A stretch of DNA of 64,000 nt. Source: Balanoglossus misakiensis. Its lineage: Eukaryota; Animalia; Hemichordata. Below, one piece after another: positions 53,501-64,000 of this stretch. The position numbers and the translations under genes are program-made. Where the stretch lies: the NCBI GenBank assembly GCA_040954595.2, contig CM082586.2:3454349-3518348 (forward strand), given 5' to 3'. Every line of letters begins with the position of its first letter. Positions within the stretch are counted from its first letter, which is position 1. The notes below the pieces were generated by a model. It was not told where the DNA came from. It searched no databases and saw nothing but the letters and a program-made list of their open reading frames with translations.

Positions 53501-54644
53501 CCACCGATACAATCAAAGTTCCCACAACCAGAATGACGTCTCAAAAATACATGCGTCACGAGACAGTACACTTTAAAAACTATGATATTTTTTTCAAGTG
53601 CCTTTCCCCTCTGGTAATAAACTCTTCCAGCACAAGGTTTGACACCTGACCATCCCCGCAGTTCATCAAATAATGAACTCGCCCACCTCTGATGTAGGCA
53701 TTGTACCAACACATGTAGAAAAAAAAGAAGATGAAAGTCTGATCAAAAAGTTTTACAAACACGACTGTTTTTGATTTTGTTGGTTTTTTGTTTTCATCAC
53801 TTCATTCTTTGGAATGTAGATACAAATAACAAAAGGGTTGATAAACCATTTCCTCCGAAAAATTGTGCTACATATTACAACTGTACAACATGTCGTCAGA
53901 AACAGATACAAAACTAGAAACCAACCGAACTTTTCTCTCTCATAAATGCAGCCATGGTACAAGATGCGTCCTTTATCAAACTCACAAAAATAGCCCTTTT
54001 TTGTACATTTTTACATCTTTTTACAACTATTTTTTTCTGTCTCGTTACCTGAAGAGTTTTGCTGATCAAAGTGCGCAGGTTGTTAAAAAGAAGACGGTAC
54101 AAAAATCCGTCTATCCGTCAATCACATAGCTGCAATCTCTCTTCTCAAAAAATGACTTACAAAAAAATAAAGTGACAAAATACTTGAAAAAAACCTGCAA
54201 AGACCTTTTTTTGCATTCTCTGTCTTTCTGAGTAAATCTCACTCGTTCAATCTTTCTTTACTAAAAATCCACTGGCCATCAAAATATATCACAAAAAACT
54301 AACTCTTTCTGTGTTCTGTCACAAAATTTTTATGTACTTTTTACGCAAGTAAAAACCCAATGTTAAACACAGCTGGTATGTATTTATAGTAAAACCTGGA
54401 TATGATTAAGATGTGTGATTGAAATCTTCATTTCATGTACTCTTGGTTTTCTTCTCACTCTTCTCTGTCTCAAATCAGTCCCAAAAATCATCACAGCTCA
54501 CTCTGGCAGTTGTCTGACATTTGCACTTGCGATCCTAAACACCCCTCTTCGACAGTGACTCAATCCCTAATAGACACGTAAAGGTTTACGAATAAGACTG
54601 TACCATGATGGAGGAGGATGAGGAGGGGGGAGGTCGGATCAATC
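50505..54644 (-). other. Putative ~4.1 kb 3'UTR of the ZNF395/704-like gene
   Basis: The first canonical minus-strand AATAAA I found after the stop is at 50525-50530. The intervening sequence is U-rich on the minus strand and has no credible ORF. Confidence 0.5.
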
Positions 54645-57600
54645 TTAGTCAATGAACCGCACGCAGGCCTTCTTCCATTTGCACTGAGTGCACCACAGGT
54701 CACGGTTTTCCATCCCGTACACCTTTCGACACTTCTTGGTCTCCCCACGCACTTTCTTCGGGTACGGCCCGGAGAGTTGGTGAGTCTTGGTCGAGGCCGT
54801 GCCATGCGTCTTGGGGGACGCAGGGTGTAGCCTCTGAGGGGCACTATTGGACCTCTGGCGAAAAGGCAGTGCAACCTGCAAAGAACATAAAAGGCGAATC
54901 AGTGAATTGAAACTAGAAGCAGAATTGATAGACAGCTTACATCACTCATGATATTACTTTTTTTTCAAAATGGCTGCCGAAGGGATACCTGATAGTTCTG
55001 TCTGGTGTGGTGTAATTAAGGGTTAAATTTCAAATAGATGCTCATCTCGAATTTGAGAGCATCTAGAAAATGGTTCTTCAGAAAACCATGACTTACTTTG
55101 GTGGGTGATGCAGAAAACGTGAACGTTGGGCTTCCTGGGATTTGGTGCCAAGTGTAGCTCTGAGGGGCTGGTGCAACCGTGGCGACCTGCCCAAGGGTCA
55201 ATGGACTAGGTATCTGTCCAAAGAGATAAAACACATGGTGGATGTCATTAATCTAGAAAAACGTCTCCTAAATCTATGACCTTTTGAATGAACCCTGGAT
55301 TCTTATACTGCACACGGCCTCAGAGCACAGCCAACCCAGATGACATTTACGGTGTAATTCTCACGTATTACAGGTGTTCTATTTTTGTCCTTTTCTGAAA
55401 CTGATCATGCTCTGACTATATTTTTATATTTACAATATGGTTGAATTTGAAATAGACTTGAATATTGGCCCCATAAAAGCTTTAAAAGTATGATACGAAC
55501 AATGGGGGATTTGAAATCCATGGTAGTGCACCAAAATATTTGCTAAATAGGGCGGAAGCAATTTTCTTTACAGATTATCATATGGGGGGAACATCTATGA
55601 TTTAGATCTCCTTCAGAATGTACAGGCCAGACTATGACACTCTATGCAGTTCACCTGTTCACTTCACTCACACCAGCAATTATTAGAACTCAACGCTAAA
55701 AAAATATACATCTCTGCCAAAATTGTCACCCACCTGTTTGAATGCATTGTTCTCCCTATGGACATGGTCCCTCTGGTGTTTGAGTGAGGGGTCTTCGTGC
55801 GGCGGCCTGGCCATGTCCATGTGACTGAGGGTGGGCGGAGAGGATGTGTACATGTTCGCAAATGTATCAGTCACTGTGTCCACGCTCGTCTCGATTTCGG
55901 TGTAGTAGAACTCTTCTTCATGGTCGCTTAAGTCGCCGTCCGTTTTGGGACTGGAAGATAAACGGCAAAATTGTCCTCAAAATGTGAAAATTTAATGCGT
56001 TCTCCCCTAAGAGATGCTTTTCTTCAAGGAAAAATTCGTTATTCCTGTCATTAGAAAGATGGAGTTATCAAGACAGTCGAATATTGTTTGCACAGACATA
56101 CATTAATAATAATTGTCATGAAATGTTAACTGCAACTCATGCCCTGCTGACAGGCTGGTCACAGAAGTGTAGCGGACAGGATTGATTGATTGATTGATTG
56201 ATCTGACTTGACTAACTGACTGACTGTTGACTGACTGACAGACTGACTCGGTAAATTGATCAGTTGGCTTGTGGGACAGATCAGGAGAAAACTTCCGAAG
56301 GCTATAGATAGAGATTATAAGACTGCTCCAGTCAGCAACGGAGCAGCTGGTCATGCCTCGAATCTCCTGCAGCACCGAATTACAATGACACATCACCAGA
56401 CACACTCTCTTCAACCAAGCGACATGACCACAAACAGCGAAAGATGGCTAAGTGGGTCACAGACCTACTTTTAAATTAGAGCAAAGTCTAGTTTAGCTTA
56501 TCGCGATGGGTCTCGTAAATATTTAACGGTTACATATGACAACAAGACAGAACACAGTCATCTTGTTGACTGACCGCTGGCAAGTACAAATACAAAGTGA
56601 TATGCCCTTGTGAAAGGGGGTAAAAAAATGAATATGACCCACCTGACTAGACTTGTTCAACACATGCATTTAGACTATCTGTAATTCCTGTGTCTTTCAC
56701 TACAGTTGTCAATCGGCATATTTCAAACAAAAATGACCTTTATTAAAATACAGAGGAACTGTGCTGGAACGAATTTGATGTACGTACCCCCTGGGCATTT
56801 TGACGGTAGCCCAAAATGTGTAAATGATATCATCCGGTAGGTTGTTTTTTTTTACAACAAATTGACAAATCTGCCATGTCGGACCACCAAACCTGCACAT
56901 CCCCCACCTGCCCGAGGGAGACTAAATGTGGAGCATTGTGTGCATGCCCAGTGCAGACTCGGAGAATAAAATGTTCAAAAACTGACACACATACTTTCAA
57001 TTTCACATCCAACGCCCTGTGACGAATTCGCAATGAAATTTTATCCTGGACATATTTCAACGAGAACACAAGTCGCTCGACCGCATTTCAGGAGACCTGG
57101 AAATCCCGGTTTGAATCATTCAAGGGAAACATTCACCCAAGCAAACCGATTGGTTCAATTCATAATGCCAAAGGCGTGCCATGAGTGTGGACAGGCTTTT
57201 CTCACAGATGGATAAATTTCCACTGCAAATCATTTTTCTCCACACAATGTGAATTCGAACACAGCCAGGAGGCTTGATCATATTTTATAATCATGACCCA
57301 GAAAAAGAACTGTTTTCAGTCCAAAACACGCTGTGAAAAGGAAAGGACCTGCTACAATGGTCAGCCTGGTACCATTAACTACATCTATATATTTTTACGG
57401 CGACGAACATTAAATATTGTAAAATTATGGCTGTACCAATCAGAAGAAATTTGTGGAATTTATGAACATTGCCTACACATTAATAATAACCAAGCGCCCC
57501 GGGGTCCATGCGATCAAGGATGACCCATGATAGAAAACACCTCATAACTTTGTGCTAGCTGTTACACTGATCTCATTGAATATCCATAAAACTACATTTC

Positions 57601-60600
57601 GAGGAATGGTTATCATTGTACTGAAAAAAAATAAGCGTTTGAATTGTATCTGATATGAAAATATGTATTATTTCAATATATTTTATAAATCTAACTGACT
57701 AACATTTGTCCGTGCTATGTTGCTAGGTCTTTTCATGGTGTCCGAGAAAAGTGGTCGATTTTTATCACAATGCCTCTTGTCCGGTCTTTTCATTGTCGTT
57801 GAAAAGCGGACGGAGACAGAACAGAAGAGGAAAGGCAGCGTTCTGGTCAGCTGATTGTCTGCCCGTCTATATTTAAATCACCAAACCCCGGCACATGCGA
57901 CACAAGCCGCGCCGAGATCACCAAACAACAATGGTGCCTGTGAAACGCAGTAAATCAACCAGGCTTTAAATTACCGCAACTGTCACAGCCATGCTTGCAG
58001 AATTCCGAGCTGCGCAATTTCCCCCCTCCAAAAGACCTTGCTAAACATACGGGCATTGTGACCAAGCCACTCACAGCCTCCCACACTACAACAAACACAC
58101 CTACACTCAACAATCACAAGTTGGCACTTTTTTAATCGCCTGGCTGCAAGGACCCTGGGCTGCACCCAGATACTTTTCTCCCCAGCCTCGATAAATCAAC
58201 CTACCTAGTAAACACAACCATTGAAAAGGTCACGGGCCAACTGTTGCCATAGAAATAAATGAGATAGTAAAAATGTGGAGCTGTACATGTGATATATGCA
58301 GTATTACTTAATAAAATCCCGGTGATATATTTGTTTTGAGAACTGGGGGCACAGAAAGAGAGAGTTTGCAAAAGCAGGGTAAGATTTTGGTTAATATCTG
58401 CCGTTGTGACCAAATATGTCAACATATGACACCTTCTGTTATAATTTTCCATAAGGGAGTTTACATAATAATCTAGTCTTACCCGCTCCAGAAGATTGGC
58501 AAAAAAGATGAGAAATTTTATTCAACACCAGGCCTTCTCGATTTAAAAATGTTTGAAAATAAACCACTGGGTGGTTTTGTGACGACCTGAGTATGAATAG
58601 ATGCCCTTTAAAGGAATATTTACCGAAAATAACCTACAACAGCTCAAATTTTCAGCAAATGCAACATCAGCAAGTATTCACAATTGCACTGCTATAGGTG
58701 CCTGCACACCCAGGGACTACTTGGATTTGTGCCAACATTTCATTCCACCCTCCATCTTTCGCACATCACCGATATTAAAAATAACATATTTTGTCCAAAT
58801 TTCTGGAAATTGCTATTTCGTTTTCCAGGAAATTTTGACAGACCATTTTTTAAGCAGACGTATTTCTAATGATGTTTGCATTTTAGGGTGCGCATTACGT
58901 GTTCCGGCAATGTTTGTCATCAACATATGCTACATATAAAGCCAGCTGTTCTGTTTGTTTGCAATCAGTAAAAAAATTATACTCCCAAAAGGGGAAAAAA
59001 AGCAGGCCACTTGTTAATAATCTGTAGGAAAAAGAGAAATTTTGAGTGATGATGAAAACGACTGTTTGAACTCTCTCTCAATGCTGATCAGCGTGTATGT
59101 AGGTCAATGTATGCAGATACAGCTATAACCGTTAACACATGGCGACATGAACAACACATAGCCGTCTCCCCTACTGAATATTATGTCCAAACACTCAGAT
59201 TTTCTTCAGTATAAAATTAGAACAGGGTGAACTATCCAACATTTTGATCTAAAGATGAAACACCCATTAACTTTCATGTCTCAAAGTGCTACTATATTAA
59301 TCCGGGGAATTAATTCACATGATTCTGAGGGTTAAATTGTACACATATAACAAATTCTATTCTTAGTAATCATACTCTGTTTTCCAAAAAAATCTTCTTT
59401 TACTTTCTGTTCATTCTGGAAATCCCCTAAAAGAAATCCGACGGCAGTGATGAAATCTCAATAGGGGATAACCCTAATGACACATGCACACCCCCCATCT
59501 GGTGACCAGGTAAGCAGCACACAGTACCAATAAACTGTCTCCTGATTTCAACACAACGAGCCCTTTCACCTCAAATCCGGCCGTACCATTCCCAAAGCGA
59601 AAATGACACCTCAAAATCCACACTGAAACAAAAGACGGTTATGTGAACCTGGCTGCTTCGTTCTGCCCTACTTACATACGCTCAAGCCGAAGTAGGTTGG
59701 GTTCAACGGAATTAATACCCGTGACCTAGATCTGCCACTCAGTTCCGGCAGTTGGTCAACAGATTTCAACACTTTGCCTACAGAGAAGGCTACTCAGAGT
59801 CCATGCAGTACCCTGAATGTTGTTTAAAAGTAAATATGACAATATTCATAGTCTGCGAGACAAAATAAAACCTCACTTTTATTAATATACCTGTCAATCA
59901 ACCTGGGTGACATGTTTGTATTACGAGACCCCTGGACAACACACTCCTCTGCATAATTTCAATAGAAACATCCCCAAGACCCCAACATATGCGACATAAT
60001 ATCGTTCCCGGCCATATTGCAGCCTTTATACTGCAATTCGAAATGTTTTTCGTAAATCGGTCACGTATGTATGCCATTGTTCAAATCCGCTAGCTGATTT
60101 GCGTGAAACTCTTTGGACGGGTTCGGGATTTTTGCCGACCAAAAATTCATCTCAGAAAAAATTAGACTGTGACAAATAAGAAATCAGTGGGGTTTTAATA
60201 CCATAATCTGGGACATATTTTAACTTCACCATAGATGCCATGTGTTTGTGTATACGTACATGTATGCAGTGTGAATGACAAGTAGACCTAAAAATTGGAT
60301 TTTCTACGGCACGTCCCGCACTTATCATCATTTCGTAGCCGCGCGGCGGCTTATTGCCTCGTATTTCACTCTAGTTTGACAGACAACTGAAAGAGCTTCA
60401 CACTGCCATCTCTGACTAGCAACCGGAGATTTGCACAAAATACTTCACAACCGGTGATTTACAAAGATACGCTTCATCCCCGGCTACACGCGTCTAATCA
60501 CCTGATTATTATGCAGATAAGCAGAGACTACGGCTGGGGGTCCCGTTCGGGGGCAGTGGAAATCTACGAAGCATGTGACCTGCTTCATCACGTGGTGATT

Positions 60601-62734
60601 GTTGACCTCGGGGGGTCGCTGATGACCAATCTGCGATACAGTGGATACATGTCTTTCTTTTTATAACCGGTAAATTTGCATCCAGACTGTCATGACCCCA
60701 GAGTTGCCACTAAATATCGCAGTATCCTGATAAAATATCGGAATAAGAGAATCATCTTTTGAAATGGATGCCTGTGTAAACAAAATATAGATTTTGTCAC
60801 TCTAGATAGAGTTCCCTCTACACTTCCACATATTACCTTCGTAAAGTCATATCAGATTTAATCTCTACAAGGGATAATGAAGCTACGGCCCAGATACCCG
60901 GGGCTGGACACAAAAATTGGCACATTTTCCGACTATCGACGCCGCTGTTTAGGGTTTACAGTTGGCACTGTTTAGTTCCAACCACTGCTGTTGTTTAATC
61001 ACCAGGAATGCAGAACCATGCCTCAATAAAACCACAGCACTTTTAGAGCGTCACACAGCACACAACAGCCATGGGTAAACCTGGCATGCACTATTTTGAC
61101 ACATAATGCTACTCACTGGCCCCAGGATACGAACTGACATGGGAGATACTCGTGCACAAAAGTGTTGCGCGCTCCGAGTATGCATGGATATCACTTTCTA
61201 AACAAAAAAGTCTATTTTAAAGTAGTCCCAGCCAAGCACCAGCTCGTATGATTAAATCCCCCAACAAGGTTAACATCACTGATGGATTCTGGGAAACTTG
61301 TTGAATGGTAGGCAGCTAATACTTTTACTGGCCACTTAATGTGCAATTCCGGTCTTTATTTCACCATTATTCTTTTACTGTCTACGATTTCACTATTCTC
61401 AAGTTGACAAAAATCAGAACACTGGAAAAGATTGTCCCCAATGGTGAGAGACTAAGTGGCACAAATCAAAACAGTGTATACCCAACAGTAATTCGCTGGC
61501 AAACGTGCGCGGTATTCTGCCCAATGTACGTGATTGAACATTTGTATCCATAGAAACAGACCACTCTCTAATCTGTGACTTGTGATGTCCATTATACGAT
61601 CAGGCTGTTTTCATCATATGGACATTTTAAGGCTGTCTTTAGTTACAAGAGGCGAGGTTTTGGACAAGTGCCAAAGATCTAAGAGCCGCGACACATGCAA
61701 AAACCGGGCATTCAATTTCTGTACTAAATTACCTCTATCAAGACCCATCAAAATTTTGGTCAGAATCCTGAATTGAATTTTATCACACTTCCGTACGCCC
61801 AGAGGCCACAGAACATTGGGCATTAGTTGATGATGTCATTGATACTGTTGTCAAGGTGAATTGAAGCCATGGCAACAACAGCAGTTACAGCAAGTATGAA
61901 GGATAAATCCTAGGACAGTGGGGTCAGCTTGGGGTCAAGTTTAATTACGGTAGCCAGTTAATATCAAGTGAGGGGTCAAAAAAAGTTCAATCAGACAATC
62001 ACCCCACTCAGGCGACCACTGTGAAGATGTAAACTGTGGAGGCGAATACTCAAACGCTTTCACTTGCGAGCACGATATTGATACGGCCTGACCTAGTTAC
62101 CGCTGGAACCTTTAACCGACTGTTCACCTCACTTTGTATCTCATCTGCCTTGTCATTTCTGCCCAGATAATCAGGCTTGGCATTTTCTGTAGGCAGCATG
62201 TGCCCACATCATGACAACCCCCTACCATGTAATCCGATTCAACAGTGACGTGACTCACTGAAGTGTTTGCTTCATATTCGCGCCAACAAAAGCACCACTT
62301 TTGCTTATTTCTCCCCATCTTGAAAATACCACTTATGTCAGGACTGTGTTAGCCAGCCAACCACTTGGTGACTGATAGGATATGCTTAGAATAACACTCC
62401 ACACTTGTCAGCGAAAAAATGAGTCCACACCATTTCGCTGTGCACATCTCGACTGCATCCCTCAAACAAGGAGTTTGCTTACAAAAATGACTTTGAAATA
62501 AAATGACTATTCAGCGATTAGAGTTATCAATTAATTTATTAGTCAGTCAGTCAATCACCTAACCAACCAATCAATCAGTCCAATCAATCCATCAATCGAC
62601 ATTGGCACAGTTCAACTGATCTGTACTTACCCAAGATGCAATGTTCTGACGTGCCTCTCCATTCCCGCACAAGAACTTAGTATCTTGTCGCACCCAGGCC
62701 AAGTGCATTTGAAGACAGTCTTGGTACCAGAGCT
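54645..62734 (-). CDS. ZNF704: ZNF395/ZNF704/SLC2A4RG (Glut4EF)-family C2H2 + C-clamp transcription factor, 3' four coding exons (5' part beyond window)
   Basis: Exons 62734-62631 ([29 protein letters not shown]2H2), 55950-55734 ([15 protein letters not shown]; [18 protein letters not shown]), 55213-55097 and 54875-54645 ([38 protein letters not shown]-clamp) join in frame. This is probably a single co-orthologue of the three vertebrate genes, so the symbol is approximate. Confidence 0.92.
56180..56247 (+). repeat. (GATT)n/(GACT)n microsatellite
   Basis: Directly visible, inside the ZNF704-like intron. Confidence 0.8.
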
Positions 62735-64000
62735 CTGAAAATACAGCAATATACAATGGAAATAATTAGTTTAAAATACATGTACTGATATTGAATCAGC
62801 ATATCTATATGCTCAACAAATACCGTCAGAATTTTAACTGGGGTCAATTTACATATTACTGTCCCAATGTCTGCTAAAAAAAGACCATTGCATAACTTTA
62901 TGATGTTATGTAAACAAAAGTCCCTGCTGTGGTAAATGAATACAAAGAAACACAGCAGTTTTTTTTTAGTAGCTGCGAAATAATTCTTAATAAAATGTCA
63001 CCTTCCTTAAGAAACGAGATTTACTCGTAATTTGATTGTCAAGTCTCAATGTGGGTCAATCCCAACCAACGGAACACAAAAGGAGTTAAACAGGGTAACA
63101 ACTGATGAGGCTGTATATTTTTATGTGTACTAAATGGGACTGTTTACAGATACTGCCCTCTTTTATGGGAGCCATTTCAAACTTTGCTGTTGTTAGAACG
63201 CAACAGTGTAAATCAAACCACAGCTTATAACCCTAACTTCACCACAACTTTTCATTTTGTCTGAAAACAGTCTGAAATCAGTCAATTATCATAATGCAAA
63301 GTAAAACTGATGGTAACCCTGATAGAGTATTCATAAAGAGACAATTTCATTGGCAAGGCCAGGTCAGTAACACTGATATGATTTTGTTTACAGTAGTGCA
63401 GCCATTTTGACCCATCCTTCACTTCCCAGCCACAAAGCATATTGATCTGATTATTGTGTCTACATCTTTTCCTATTGTTTGAGAATCACACCCAATGTTT
63501 GAAAGTTTTGTTTTATTCAAGGCTCTGACGACAGCCAGTCAATATTTATTGTCATATTTAGACACATCCCACCAGTAAATCCCCTTGAGGTCAATTCACG
63601 GTTCACTTTAGCAGAAATTGGACTATTTCCAATTTTTGTAAAGGAAACCTAGACGACTGTTTTGCTGCTTTTCAATTTCTTCATCATGTCTTGTTACGAC
63701 TTGTTCAACACATCCCAGTAGACAAGTTGGGCAAACCTATTTGGGTCCCGAATGGAATTTCGAAATGTTCACACGAATCATGGTGGGAATTTTCCAACAG
63801 GCACTGGCTGTAGGAACATTGTGTCAAGGTTAGGTTGCCACATATTCCAAATGGTTGATGGGGAATATACCTTTCAGAAAGTTCAACTTTTTTAGTATGC
63901 ATGTACATGTTGGAACTATAAAAGCTCAAATAAAGCAACACGTTTTCAATAGTTTCTATTATTATTCAATGACCTCCCATAATTCTTCATGAAATTGTTG

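Noticed and set aside
1-64000. CRISPR arrays, tRNA/rRNA genes, autonomous transposon or viral ORFs
   Set aside because: I saw no repeat-spacer array, no cloverleaf or rRNA signature, and no RT, transposase or integrase motif in any ORF. A covariance-model search could still find small RNAs I cannot detect by eye.

Overview
AT-rich, intron-containing animal genomic DNA, probably an invertebrate bilaterian (inferred from the gene set and divergence; I cannot name the species). The right half holds a cluster of five spliced protein-coding genes whose exons I joined in frame by hand: HS1BP3-like PX protein (-), UQCRB (+), an SDR16C-family retinol dehydrogenase-like gene (-), RBBP8/CtIP (+, about 986 aa) and the 3' part of a ZNF395/ZNF704/SLC2A4RG (Glut4EF) C-clamp factor (-, 5' end outside the window). 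HS1BP3/UQCRB and SDR/RBBP8 are head-to-head pairs. Positions 1 to about 31,000 contain no recognisable protein domain. They carry several well-formed minus-strand 5'UTR or first-exon candidates of a gene that runs off the left edge, plus microsatellites, MITE-like relics and transcription-factor motif clusters. I found no prokaryote-type system (CRISPR, operon, tRNA, rRNA) and no clearly new biological system. The best leads are sequence-level. CtIP carries a candidate beta-TrCP degron sharing a serine with the BRCA1-BRCT motif, plus UIM-like motifs. HS1BP3 appears C-terminally truncated. There are two DR1 nuclear-receptor elements in the SDR/RBBP8 promoter and an octamer/CCAAT cluster. Gene names come from remembered family motifs, not from database searches.
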